This document shows positions 31,006-40,696 of a stretch of 64,000 nt of DNA, one piece after another (the first letter of the stretch is position 1; the number at the start of each line of letters is the position of its first letter). This DNA is from Candidatus Woesearchaeota archaeon. GTDB taxonomy: Archaea > Nanobdellota > Nanobdellia > Woesearchaeales > 21-14-0-10-32-9. The DNA lies in assembly GCA_021736975.1 (NCBI GenBank), contig JAIPET010000005.1, forward strand, positions 4,920-68,919. Reading direction: 5' to 3'. The position numbers and the translations under genes were made by a program. The notes beneath the pieces were generated by a model. The model saw only the letters and a list, made by a program, of their open reading frames with translations. It was not told the origin of the DNA and made no database searches.

Positions 31006-31326
31006 ATGGAAGAAAATAAAGTAGATGAAGTAGGAAGAGTTGGAGTAAAAACACCATCTGTAAAAGATATATTAGGAAAAAAACATCCTGAAAAAAAATT
31101 TAGAGCAGGATCTGTTTCTGCAACAATTTGGTTAAATCAAGGACAAACAGATGATGGAAAAGAAACAACATATAAAACAATAAGTTTTGAAAGAAGTTAT
31201 CTAGATAAAGACGGAAATTGGCAAACAACAAACTCATTAAGAACTAATGATTTACCAAAAGCAATACTTGTTCTAAACAAAGCATATGAACACTTAGAAT
31301 TAAAAGAATTTCACGATGAAAATTGA
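31006..31326 (+). CDS. Conserved-looking small protein, possible PC4-like ssDNA-binding fold, first gene of the radA operon
   Basis: PEKKFRAGSVSATIW...SFERSYLDKDGNWQTTNSL..NDLPKA pattern; GGGTGA RBS before the ATG at 31006. Function inferred. Confidence 0.6.
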   Translation: MEENKVDEVGRVGVKTPSVKDILGKKHPEKKFRAGSVSATIWLNQGQTDDGKETTYKTISFERSYLDKDGNWQTTNSLRTNDLPKAILVLNKAYEHLELKEFHDEN

Positions 31327-31338
31327 GGCGAATAAAAA

Positions 31339-32286
31339 ATGGCAAAAGAAAAAGAAAAAGAAGTAACTGTAACAGATTTACCAGGAGTAGGAGTTGCAAC
31401 AGCAGATAAATTATCAGCTGCAGGATATGATGATTTATTATCAATAGCTGTAAGTAGTATTGGACAATTAACAGATGCTGCAGGAGTATCAGAAGCAGTA
31501 GCAAGAAAAATGATACAATCAGCAAGAGAAAACTTAAATATGGGTTTTCAAACAGGAATAGAAGTTCTAAAAAAAAGAGATTTAGTACAAAAATTTAGTA
31601 CAGGATGTCCAACTTTTGATCAAATGATGGGAGGAGGATTTGAAACTGGGGCAATCGTAGAATGTTTTGGACAATACGGTTCTGGAAAAACACAAATAGG
31701 ACATTTAATGGCAGTAAGTATACAAAAAATGGATCCTGAAGCAGTAGCAGTATACATAGATACAGAGTCAACATTTAGACCAGAAAGAATAGCTCAATTT
31801 GCAAGAGGTTTAGAAATAGATCCAGAAAAAGCATTAAATAATATAAAAGTTGCAAAAGCATACAATTCAGATCATCAAATGATTCTTGCAGAAAAAGTAG
31901 AAGATCTAATAAAAGATGGAAATAAAGTAAGATTAGTTATTGTTGATTCTTTAACAGCACACTTTAGAGCAGAATTTATAGGAAGAGGAACACTTGCAGA
32001 AAGACAACAAAAAATAAACAAACATATGAGAACGCTTGCACAAATTGCAGATAAATATAATATTTGTATATATGTAACAAATCAAGTAATGGCAAAACCA
32101 GATTCTTTTTTCGGAGATCCAACAGAAGCAATTGGAGGGAATATAGTTGGACATAATTCAACATTTAGAATATATTTACGAAGAGGAAAAAAGAATAGTA
32201 GAGTAGCAAAATTAATAGATTCTCCTAATCTACCAGATTCTGAATGTGCTTTTAATATAACAGAAACTTGTTTAGAAGACATATAA
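31339..32286 (+). CDS. radA: DNA repair and recombination protein RadA
   Basis: N-terminal HhH, GQYGSGKTQ, YIDTESTFRPER, VDSLT and LIDSPNLP. Confidence 0.97.
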   Translation: MAKEKEKEVTVTDLPGVGVATADKLSAAGYDDLLSIAVSSIGQLTDAAGVSEAVARKMIQSARENLNMGFQTGIEVLKKRDLVQKFSTGCPTFDQMMGGGFETGAIVECFGQYGSGKTQIGHLMAVSIQKMDPEAVAVYIDTESTFRPERIAQFARGLEIDPEKALNNIKVAKAYNSDHQMILAEKVEDLIKDGNKVRLVIVDSLTAHFRAEFIGRGTLAERQQKINKHMRTLAQIADKYNICIYVTNQVMAKPDSFFGDPTEAIGGNIVGHNSTFRIYLRRGKKNSRVAKLIDSPNLPDSECAFNITETCLEDI

Positions 32287-32399
32287 TTAACCTATTTTTT
32301 TATTTTTTCGTTTATTTTTTCTAAAATTATTTAAAATATAAGTTCCTCTTAAAGAAAACAACACAAAAAAGTGTAGAAATTAATAGGTGAAACAAGGAA

Positions 32400-32828
32400 A
32401 TGCAAAGATTTGGAAATAGTGGGGGATATGAACAAAAATCTCCACCTGTACAGGTGGGAGAAGAGTTGGATGTAAGAATAGAAGCTGTCGGAGAAAAAGG
32501 CGATGGAGTAGCAAAAGTAAGAGGATTTGTACTTTTCATTCCAGGAGCAAAAGAAAACGAAGAATTAAGAGTAAAAATAACAAGAGTTCTTAGACAAGTT
32601 GGATTTGCAGAAGTAATCGGAAAAGCAGAAGGTCCAATAGCAGATGATAAACCACAACAAAAAGAAACTCCAATTAAAGAAGCAAGAAAAGCACCAGTTC
32701 AAGAAGAATTCAAATACGACGAAACAAAAGATTCAGAAGATTTTGGAGATGAACCTTTAGAAGAAACATCTAAAGAAAATTCTGAAGAAGAATTAAACGA
32801 ATCTGATGAAGATTCTGAAGATAAATAA
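32400..32828 (+). CDS. Single-TRAM-domain RNA chaperone with acidic tail
   Basis: PPVQVGEELDVRIEAVGEKGDGVAKVRGFVLFIPG motif. Confidence 0.9.
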   Translation: MQRFGNSGGYEQKSPPVQVGEELDVRIEAVGEKGDGVAKVRGFVLFIPGAKENEELRVKITRVLRQVGFAEVIGKAEGPIADDKPQQKETPIKEARKAPVQEEFKYDETKDSEDFGDEPLEETSKENSEEELNESDEDSEDK

Positions 32829-32949
32829 AAATAATTTCTAATTTTTTTATTTTAATTTTATAAAATTATTATTGTTGCGCGTTTTAATTTCTATATTGTA
32901 AATAAATAAGATAATATTTATAAAACAAACACAATTACTAATAAATAGA

Positions 32950-33006
32950 GCCGACAACAATTCGCAGTAGAATTGTGATACACGTGAGGCAAAAAAAACC
33001 GTGGTG
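32950..33006 (+). promoter_or_regulatory. Candidate structured 5' leader of rps2
   Basis: GC-richer island with ACAATTC/GAATTGT hairpin, GCC/GGC closing stem and CACG/CGTG pseudoknot potential across an A8 linker. Confidence 0.45.
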
Positions 33007-33049
33007 TTATTTTCTAATAATACTACTAAAATAAAAGGAGAAAAACAAA

Positions 33050-33649
33050 ATGGCAGATGAAGAATTATTAATAGCAAACGACGAATACCTAAAATCAGGT
33101 ATACACATAGGAACAAAATTTAGAACAAAACATATGGAAAATTTCATATACAAAACAAGACCAGACGGACTATCAGTTCTAAACATACAACAAATAGATC
33201 TTAGAATTAAATTAGCAGCAACAATGATATCAAACTACAAACCAGAAGAAATACTAATAGCATGCAGAAGAGAAAACGGCTGGAAATCAGTAAAAAAATT
33301 CGCAGAAATAACAGGATGTAAATTCTTCGCAGGAAGATACCCACCAGGCGTACTAACAAACCCAGCACTAAAAAACTTCATAGAAGCAAAAATAATATTA
33401 GTAGTAGATTCATGGCCTGATAAAAATGCAATAGAAGACGCATTAAAAATAGGAATACCAGTAATCGCACTATGTGATACAAACAACCAATCAAACAACA
33501 TAGATTTAGTAGTGCCATGTAATAATAAAGGTAAGAAGTCATTAGGATTATTCTTTTACTTGTTAGCAAAAATTTACACAAAAAACACAGGAATGCTATC
33601 AGAAAAAGAATTCAAATACACACTTGAAGACTTTACAGCAGATGAATAA
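33050..33649 (+). CDS. rps2: 30S ribosomal protein uS2
   Basis: YLKSGIHIGTK, GRYPPGVLTNP and PCNNKG motifs. Confidence 0.97.
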   Translation: MADEELLIANDEYLKSGIHIGTKFRTKHMENFIYKTRPDGLSVLNIQQIDLRIKLAATMISNYKPEEILIACRRENGWKSVKKFAEITGCKFFAGRYPPGVLTNPALKNFIEAKIILVVDSWPDKNAIEDALKIGIPVIALCDTNNQSNNIDLVVPCNNKGKKSLGLFFYLLAKIYTKNTGMLSEKEFKYTLEDFTADE

Positions 33650-33710
33650 ATTGTTGTTATAAATATATAACCTAAAAATAAGTAAGATACAAAATCTTAC
33701 AATAATTTTT

Positions 33711-34115
33711 TTAATTTATTTTTTTTATTAAATTAAATTTTTTATCTAAAAAATCAAGTAAAAATCTAAAAATATAACCTACAATAAAACCTAACATTGA
33801 AAAACTTTCAGCAAAATAAACAAAAATCAATGATAAAAAAGGAATAACATAATAACTAATTTTTTCAAACTTTTCCTTATTAACATCTAAAGTATCTTTT
33901 GCAAAGAATTTTTTCATATATTTGCCAATAAAATAAAAACAACCAATAAATAACAAAAAAATACCTGATAAAATTATAAATGAAATTAAATCATATTCTT
34001 CAGATTGAATAAATTTAAACAAATAGTCATACATCGCAGCACTAATAAAAACCAAACCAGTAAAAATAATAAAATCCCAAATAATTCTAAAAATAAGAAG
34101 ACTTTTTTGCTTCAC
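33711..34115 (-). CDS. Small membrane protein
   Basis: About 4 hydrophobic helices; coupled to radB. Confidence 0.65.
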   Translation of the reverse strand: MKQKSLLIFRIIWDFIIFTGLVFISAAMYDYLFKFIQSEEYDLISFIILSGIFLLFIGCFYFIGKYMKKFFAKDTLDVNKEKFEKISYYVIPFLSLIFVYFAESFSMLGFIVGYIFRFLLDFLDKKFNLIKKIN

Positions 34116-34795
34116 TCTTCAATCTCCTCAAAACCATTATCAATAATTTTGAAAATAACTTCTTTTCCCTCAGGCAAAGATCTATGCTTTCTTAAAATAG
34201 CTTTTTTAGCTCCATTAAAGCTTTGTAATTCTATGAGACATTTACTCGCATACTTTAAAATATCACCACCGACCATGTTAATTTTGTCTTTATGCTCAAA
34301 ATCAGAATAAACTTGATTAGTTACAAGAACAGGGATCTTAAATTTGCGAGTAATATGAACTAAATCAGCTAATTGAACACCCAAATCCCTATTAACATTA
34401 AAAACATCCTTAGTTTTACCAACTTCCAATCTGTAAAGCATAGCTATACTATCAACAATAATTAAACCAATTTTATCATTAACCAATTTTTTCAATTTAT
34501 CAAAAACTTTTTTTTGTTCATCAAAATCAGTAGGATTAAGAACAATAACATTTTTCAAAATAGTCTCATAATCATCAGTTAATTGTTTTAACCTAGCAAC
34601 ACTAAAACTACCTTCAGTATCAATATAAATTATTTTTTTATCAGGATTACGAGCCAAACAAATCATACACAAATTACTTTTTCCAGAACCAGGTGGACCA
34701 AAAACAGTAGTAACAACATCTTTTTCAAAACCACCTTCCAATAACCAATCAATAATACTACTTCCAGAGCTAATTTTAGAGTTTTCTTCATCCAT
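34112..34795 (-). CDS. radB: DNA repair protein RadB
   Basis: GPPGSGKSN, IDTEG and the C-terminal KHR motif; no N-terminal HhH. Confidence 0.93.
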   Translation of the reverse strand: MDEENSKISSGSSIIDWLLEGGFEKDVVTTVFGPPGSGKSNLCMICLARNPDKKIIYIDTEGSFSVARLKQLTDDYETILKNVIVLNPTDFDEQKKVFDKLKKLVNDKIGLIIVDSIAMLYRLEVGKTKDVFNVNRDLGVQLADLVHITRKFKIPVLVTNQVYSDFEHKDKINMVGGDILKYASKCLIELQSFNGAKKAILRKHRSLPEGKEVIFKIIDNGFEEIEE

Positions 34796-34826
34796 TCAAA
34801 TAGAAAATATGCTTTTTAATAAATAT

Positions 34827-35219
34827 TTAACGCATTTGAGGTACTGAATCAAATAAAGATTGCAACCCAGTTTTAATAGCTCCTTTTTCAGAAATTGAAT
34901 GATGCATTTTAGGATTAATAGACCAAGATTCAGACTTATCCAAATTAACAAAATGAAACACTAAATCTTTAGAAATAATAAGATTCCAATTACTAATCAA
35001 CCAATCCAAATTTTTCTTAACATTTAAACAAGAAATTTTTTCATTACTAAGATTATCAATATTTAATTTATCAAGATAATCAGCACACAAATGAATTTGT
35101 TTATGACCTGACTTTAAATTAACAATAATTTTATCAGAATCTTCTTTTAAAGATTCAATCCTTCTAAATACAGTATCTTTATATTTAATATATGCAACAG
35201 TCCATTCAACTAAATTCAT
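34827..35219 (-). CDS. Hypothetical protein
   Basis: 130-aa ORF upstream of radB with a globular composition. Confidence 0.65.
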   Translation of the reverse strand: MNLVEWTVAYIKYKDTVFRRIESLKEDSDKIIVNLKSGHKQIHLCADYLDKLNIDNLSNEKISCLNVKKNLDWLISNWNLIISKDLVFHFVNLDKSESWSINPKMHHSISEKGAIKTGLQSLFDSVPQMR

Positions 35220-35403
35220 GATTAACTAGCTCTTTTTTCTCTTTTATTAATTTTTTCTTTCTTAAGGCAATATGAAATCCTTCTTTTTTTGTATTGCGAA
35301 ACACTATTTTTTACTCCGTCAAAAACAAAAAATCAATATTTGCACCTATTTGCTGTACAAAATGCAAATATTTCAAATTAACTTCAAGGCAATATTGAGG
35401 GTT

Positions 35404-35787
35404 TCATATTGGCCCTTTCTTAACAAAAATATGACTTAACAAATTAGGAATCAAAAAACAAATAGCAAATAACAAACCAGCGCTAAAAGCATAAGAATAA
35501 ATATTAACAGGAACACTAACATAAATAACAGAAAAATTCAATAAACTACCAAAAATAATAACAAACCAAACCCCTGCATGGTGATGTTTAGTAAAATCAT
35601 CCAAATTTTGAACAAAATGATTAATAAAAACACCCAAAGTCAAACCAAGAATACCAGTAACAAAATAACCAAACCAACCTAAAAATAACAATATAGGAAT
35701 TAAAATATAAGCACACGCAGCACTAACTAATAATAATGCAATTAATAAAACGTAAAAAGTACTATCTCCCAAAATTATTCTTGCCAT
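35404..35787 (-). CDS. Small membrane protein with HHH motif
   Basis: 4 hydrophobic segments with a KHHHA loop. Confidence 0.65.
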   Translation of the reverse strand: MARIILGDSTFYVLLIALLLVSAACAYILIPILLFLGWFGYFVTGILGLTLGVFINHFVQNLDDFTKHHHAGVWFVIIFGSLLNFSVIYVSVPVNIYSYAFSAGLLFAICFLIPNLLSHIFVKKGPI

Positions 35788-36108
35788 ACTACAAAAATTA
35801 ACATCTTAACTATATAAATCTTTTTTACATTTAAATCGTGTCCTAAATAGAATTTTAAAGTATGTTCAAATACAGCACAATCTATACGATTTTATTTAAA
35901 TTTAATATGTCTAGACGGTCCTAAATATAAACATTTGAGTGATTTGAGATACAAATTCATTTAATCATAATAAAACAGACTTAGATAATTTAACACATAT
36001 AAAAATCAAAATAACATAAAACTAAATGAATTAATTAAAAATAAAAATTCTGAACAATTGAACAAAACATAACATAAATTATAAATAGCAATAAGAAAAA
36101 CGAATAAT

Positions 36109-37182
36109 ATGGTGGAATTATCAGGACTAGACATTCATTATGTAGTAGAAGAGCTTAAACTACTTGAAAACTCAAAAATAGATAAAATATACCAAATAGA
36201 AAATAACAAATTCATATTTAGATTAAGAACAAAAGAAGGCAAAAAAGAACTAATAATAGAATTACCTACAAAAATATACTTAAACACAAAAAACATTGAA
36301 ATGCCACAAGAACCACCACAATTCTGTCAATATTTAAGAAAATATTTACAAAACAACACATTAGAAAAAATAGATCAAAAAGACTTTGAAAGAATAATAG
36401 AAATAAAAACAAGAGGAAAAGACGGACAAAAAACACTAATATTAGAATTATTCAAACCAGGAAACATAATTTTACTAAACGAAGAAGAAATAATAATGAA
36501 TTGTTTATCAAAAAAGAAATTTAAAGATAGAAAAGTAGTGCCAAAAGAAAAATACTTATTTCCACCATTACAAAAAAACCCAAAAAAATTAACAGAAAAA
36601 GAAATATGCAAAATATTAACGAATACAGAAAAAACACTAGGAGCTGCTATAGCAACAGAATTAAGTTTTGGAGGAAAATACGCACAAGAAATATGTTATG
36701 AAATAGATAAAACAAAACATTACAAAGAATTAAGCAATGAAGAAAAACAAACAATACAAAAAAACATAAAAGAAATATTCAAAAGAGAAATAAAACCAAA
36801 TACTTCAGAAAACAAACCATATCCTTTCATAATGAAAACAAAGAAAGCGGAAAAAGAATTCAACACATTTAGCGAAACAATACAATCAACAGAAACAAAA
36901 CAAACAAAATCACAAGAAAAGAAAAACAAAAAACTAGAAAGAATACAAAGAACAATAGATCAACAAGAAAAAAGAATACAAGGACTAAAAATAGAAATAG
37001 ATGAAAACCAAAAAAAAGGAGAATTCATATATGAAAACTATCAAAAATTAAACACATTACTAGAAAAATCAAAACAAATAATGAATGAAAAAGGAATGCT
37101 AGAATTAGAAAACGCATTAAAAGAAATGAAAGAATTCAAATCATTAAATAAAAAAGAGAAAAAAATAAAATTAGATATCTAA
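36109..37182 (+). CDS. NFACT/RqcH-family protein, N-terminal half only
   Basis: LSGLDI, KIDKIYQ, FCQYLRKYL, ERII, LILELF..GNIIL, GGKYAQE and a coiled coil; ends before the NFACT-R/C domains. Confidence 0.85.
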   Translation: MVELSGLDIHYVVEELKLLENSKIDKIYQIENNKFIFRLRTKEGKKELIIELPTKIYLNTKNIEMPQEPPQFCQYLRKYLQNNTLEKIDQKDFERIIEIKTRGKDGQKTLILELFKPGNIILLNEEEIIMNCLSKKKFKDRKVVPKEKYLFPPLQKNPKKLTEKEICKILTNTEKTLGAAIATELSFGGKYAQEICYEIDKTKHYKELSNEEKQTIQKNIKEIFKREIKPNTSENKPYPFIMKTKKAEKEFNTFSETIQSTETKQTKSQEKKNKKLERIQRTIDQQEKRIQGLKIEIDENQKKGEFIYENYQKLNTLLEKSKQIMNEKGMLELENALKEMKEFKSLNKKEKKIKLDI

Positions 37183-37412
37183 ATAACATCACCAATATCT
37201 AATTCATCTTCTGGATCAACAAGTTCATTAGTAACAGAATCAGCAGTATTTTCTGGTGTTTGCGAATCAACATTTTCTGAAGGCAAATCAGTATTTTGTG
37301 TTCCAGTTTCAGTTTTTTGAACATTTTCTTCTGGATTATCATTTTTATCACTACATCCAGATACTAATCCTAAAATTAAAATTCCTAAAATTATTAAAGC
37401 AAAATATTTCAT
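37179..37412 (-). CDS. Small lipoprotein-like secreted protein
   Basis: MKY + hydrophobic stretch + LVSG|C lipobox, followed by an acidic tail. Confidence 0.65.
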   Translation of the reverse strand: MKYFALIILGILILGLVSGCSDKNDNPEENVQKTETGTQNTDLPSENVDSQTPENTADSVTNELVDPEDELDIGDVI

Positions 37413-37413
37413 T

Positions 37414-38571
37414 TTAATTACCTCCCATTTCTTCATTTTGTTCTTCACCAACAACATTCTGATTCATTCTTGGTGGTAAATCTTCTGGATTAGGCCTTCT
37501 AATATTTTCACCAGGTCTTACATCTCTAACAGGCTTATTTTCATTCAACATTTGCCTAGTATCCATTTGTTTTTTTAACTTATTTCTGAGTTGATCCATT
37601 TGAGTTTTAGATTTTTTAAGAATTTCTTTTGCTTCAATTCTTTTTTCATTCAAATTATTCATTTTAATCTTCATATTCTCAGTTATTTCTTTGAGTTCTT
37701 CAGGTTTCATTTTTTTAACTTCTTCCATTACTCTTTCTTTAACTTGATCAACAGACAATTCACCAGTTCTAATTTTATTAGCAATTTCTTGCGCTTTAGG
37801 ATGATTTTTTAAAGATTCTTTTAATCTTTCGGAATTAAATTCTCTAACATTTTCTCTAGCTTTTTCTTTCAAATCTTTAAGAGCAGAATAATCAGCATCT
37901 TTAAGAAGTTTATTTAATTCTTCTCTATCTTCAGAATTAATCAATTCTTTAGCCATATCTTTAAAATCCTTACTGATATCAATAGATTCTTTCTTAAAAG
38001 AAACAAATTCTTCAACAGCACCTTCCTCTGGAGGATTATTTGCTAAATCATTAACTTGATCAAGAACTTCTTTTAAATCTGTAATTAAAATTTCAAGTTC
38101 AGATACATCATTTTCTTTATCAGAAAGATAAGATGTAACAACACCAGTTCTAATTATATTTTTAGTAATAGCTGCTTGTAATTGAACTAATCTCATTTTA
38201 GCACCTATTTTTGTACCTGTGACAACAGATTCACTTTCTATAATTTCTTCAAATGTTTCTTTTTCTGCGTTTATTTCTTCAGATTCTTCATTATCTTCTT
38301 CTGAACCTTCGTTTTCTAATTCATTTTCAGACATCTCTTCATACATTTCTTCATTTTCATCATCGTCATTCATTTCATCAGAAATTTCTTCACATTCATT
38401 ATTAGAACACAATTCATTTTCTTCACAATCAGAATCAAGTTCACAATAATCATCATCTAACTCCTCATTTAAATCATCTTCTTCATCATCCGTTACATTT
38501 TGTGCTAAAACAAAATTAGTAGCAGATATTAAAACAAGTAAAATAATTAACAAAACTAATATTTTTTTCAT
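37414..38571 (-). CDS. Secreted protein with acidic Cys-containing N-terminal region and long coiled coil
   Basis: MKKILVLL signal peptide, CELDSDC...C...C motif, D/E-rich tract and helical C-terminus. Confidence 0.75.
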   Translation of the reverse strand: MKKILVLLIILLVLISATNFVLAQNVTDDEEDDLNEELDDDYCELDSDCEENELCSNNECEEISDEMNDDDENEEMYEEMSENELENEGSEEDNEESEEINAEKETFEEIIESESVVTGTKIGAKMRLVQLQAAITKNIIRTGVVTSYLSDKENDVSELEILITDLKEVLDQVNDLANNPPEEGAVEEFVSFKKESIDISKDFKDMAKELINSEDREELNKLLKDADYSALKDLKEKARENVREFNSERLKESLKNHPKAQEIANKIRTGELSVDQVKERVMEEVKKMKPEELKEITENMKIKMNNLNEKRIEAKEILKKSKTQMDQLRNKLKKQMDTRQMLNENKPVRDVRPGENIRRPNPEDLPPRMNQNVVGEEQNEEMGGN

Positions 38572-38663
38572 AACTCTCAACCTCCATTGATAATGGTTAA
38601 TTATTTATTTTATTTATATGCTTTATGGAGATATTTAAAAACTTTGAAATTTTAACAAATAAA

Positions 38664-39548
38664 ATGAACATACTACTTGAAAGATATCAACAACTAAAAA
38701 ATCAAATAAGAAACTTAAAACCAAAAATAAAACCAGCTATAAGAATAAACACACTAAAAGGAACAGAAGAAGAAATAGTAACAAATTTAAGAAAAAAAGG
38801 AATAAAATTACAAAAAATACCATTTTTAAACCATGCTTATTGGTACAAAGCAACATTTTCATTAGCATCAACACCAGAATACTTACAAGGACAAATATAT
38901 ATACAAGAAACAGCAAGTCAAATACCTCCTATTATCTTAAATCCAGAACCAACTGATTTAGTTCTTGATATGGCAGCAAGTCCAGGATCAAAAACAACTC
39001 AAATTGCACAATTAATGAAAAATAAAGGGGTGATACTAGCAATAGATAATGATAAAGAAAGAATACCAAAATTAAGAAATAACATAGAAAGATTATCAAT
39101 AAAAAACACAATAGTAATCTGTATAGATTCTTCAAAAATAAAAGAATTAAATATTACTTTTGACAAAATATTACTTGACGCACCATGTTCAGGAAACTAC
39201 TGTATAGAAAAAGATTACTTTTTAAAAAGAAGTATAAAAGATTTTGAAAATAGAGCAAAAATACAAAAAAAATTACTAATAGCAGCACACAGTGTTTTAA
39301 AATCAGGAGGAACTTTAGTTTATAGTACTTGTTCACTTGAACCAGAAGAAGATGAATTAGTAATTGATTGGTTCTTAAAAAATTATAAAGATATGGACTT
39401 AGAAAAAATTAATTTAACAATAGGCGAACCAGGAAACACAAAAATTTTCAATAAAAATATAAATCCTGAAATAATAAAAACAATAAAGCTTTGGCCTGAT
39501 AAAACAAACACACAAGGATTTTTCATAGCTAAATTAAAGAAAAAATGA
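38664..39548 (+). CDS. RsmB/NOP2/NSUN-family RNA m5C methyltransferase
   Basis: DMAASPGSKTTQ, DAPCSG, YSTCS and GFFIAKL motifs. Confidence 0.93.
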   Translation: MNILLERYQQLKNQIRNLKPKIKPAIRINTLKGTEEEIVTNLRKKGIKLQKIPFLNHAYWYKATFSLASTPEYLQGQIYIQETASQIPPIILNPEPTDLVLDMAASPGSKTTQIAQLMKNKGVILAIDNDKERIPKLRNNIERLSIKNTIVICIDSSKIKELNITFDKILLDAPCSGNYCIEKDYFLKRSIKDFENRAKIQKKLLIAAHSVLKSGGTLVYSTCSLEPEEDELVIDWFLKNYKDMDLEKINLTIGEPGNTKIFNKNINPEIIKTIKLWPDKTNTQGFFIAKLKKK

Positions 39549-40036
39549 TAAAAATACTAGCAATGATAATAAGCATACCAGCATCACTAATAATTTTTAT
39601 TGCATTAACAATATGTTTATATTTCATGAAATATATTACGATGCAAAACTTAATTCTTGCAGGAATATCTTTAATTGCATCTTCAATAATAATCATGATG
39701 TTTAGAATAATATTTCCAGCAAAAAGACCAAACAAAAAAACATTAGAACACGAATTTTTAAATAAATTCGGAAAAAAACACAAATTAATATTTCTGAAAT
39801 GGTATAAAGATTTAGAAGGAAGAAAATTTGCATCAGCACACGTATCAAGAATAGTAATACTTGCAACAATATTTTATTTTATGAATGAACTAGAATATTC
39901 AGTAATTTTACTCGTATTTGCATTAATTGTTGGAATTTCAAGAGTATTAGTAAAAAAACATACAACTCTTGATATATTTACAGGAGCAGCAATAGGAATA
40001 ATTACAACATATTTTGTAAATTTGCTTTTTTTCTAA
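39545..40036 (+). CDS. PAP2-family membrane phosphatase
   Basis: R..FPAKRP, FASAH and SRVLVKKHTTLDI motifs with TM helices. Confidence 0.8.
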   Translation: MIKILAMIISIPASLIIFIALTICLYFMKYITMQNLILAGISLIASSIIIMMFRIIFPAKRPNKKTLEHEFLNKFGKKHKLIFLKWYKDLEGRKFASAHVSRIVILATIFYFMNELEYSVILLVFALIVGISRVLVKKHTTLDIFTGAAIGIITTYFVNLLFF

Positions 40037-40164
40037 AATTTCGAAAAACTTCTGAAAATTTTGTAGTAATCTATTTTTAAGAAATAATAATTTCTTTTTA
40101 TGGTAATAAAAAGTGTGCTTAAAAAAATATTTTTTTGGCATTTTTTAGACCGGAGGAACTAAAA

Positions 40165-40383
40165 ATGGGATTAACCAATAAAAAAGAAGAACAACTAAGG
40201 CAAATGCCAATAGTAAATACAAAAATAACAAAGAGCAAAGACGGCAAGTACTTGATACATAAACTTGAATTTGTAACAATAAGACCAATGGCATATTATG
40301 ATGCGATTATTCAAGACAACCAAGAAGTACAAACTGAACTTGATGAAGAACTACAAAAAGTAGCAGAAGCAAACAAAGTTTAA
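40165..40383 (+). CDS. Small hypothetical protein
   Basis: GGAGG RBS before the ATG at 40165; 72 aa. Confidence 0.65.
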   Translation: MGLTNKKEEQLRQMPIVNTKITKSKDGKYLIHKLEFVTIRPMAYYDAIIQDNQEVQTELDEELQKVAEANKV

Positions 40384-40470
40384 TTTTTTTTAATTATTAT
40401 TTTCTATATGGAAAATAAATATGTAAAAAGAAAAATTGTGTTGTTTTTAATACTTAAAGAAAATAAAGTG

Positions 40471-40583
40471 TGGACAGCTCTCAAAATTTCCCGCACGTAA
40501 GGGCAGTACACTCTTGAACGTTGACGCGCTTAACTTCCGTGTTCGAAAAGGGTACGGGTGATCCACGCCGCTATGACCGTCCA
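40471..40583 (-). rRNA. rrf: 5S rRNA (stand-alone)
   Basis: rc: TGGACGGTCATAGCGG...CCCGTACCC..TCGAACACGGAAGTTAAGC...GTACTG...GGGAA...GCTGTCCA; the termini pair and a TTTATAAA box lies at 40605-40612. Confidence 0.93.
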
Positions 40584-40696
40584 ATATCTAGGAAAGAACT
40601 TCTATTTATAAAGCTTATGGGTATATTTAAACATTAATTATTAAAATTTTAGTTATGTTGGAAAAATATATTAAGAACAAACCCTTTTTTTATTTT

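Noticed and set aside
32499-32515. Fluoride-riboswitch-like GGCGATGGAGT
   Set aside because: It lies inside the TRAM coding sequence (GDGV) and lacks the downstream pairing elements.
35788-36108. tRNA or other ncRNA in this spacer
   Set aside because: No cloverleaf or T-loop consensus; only short repeats (GTCCTAAATA x2) compatible with divergent promoters.
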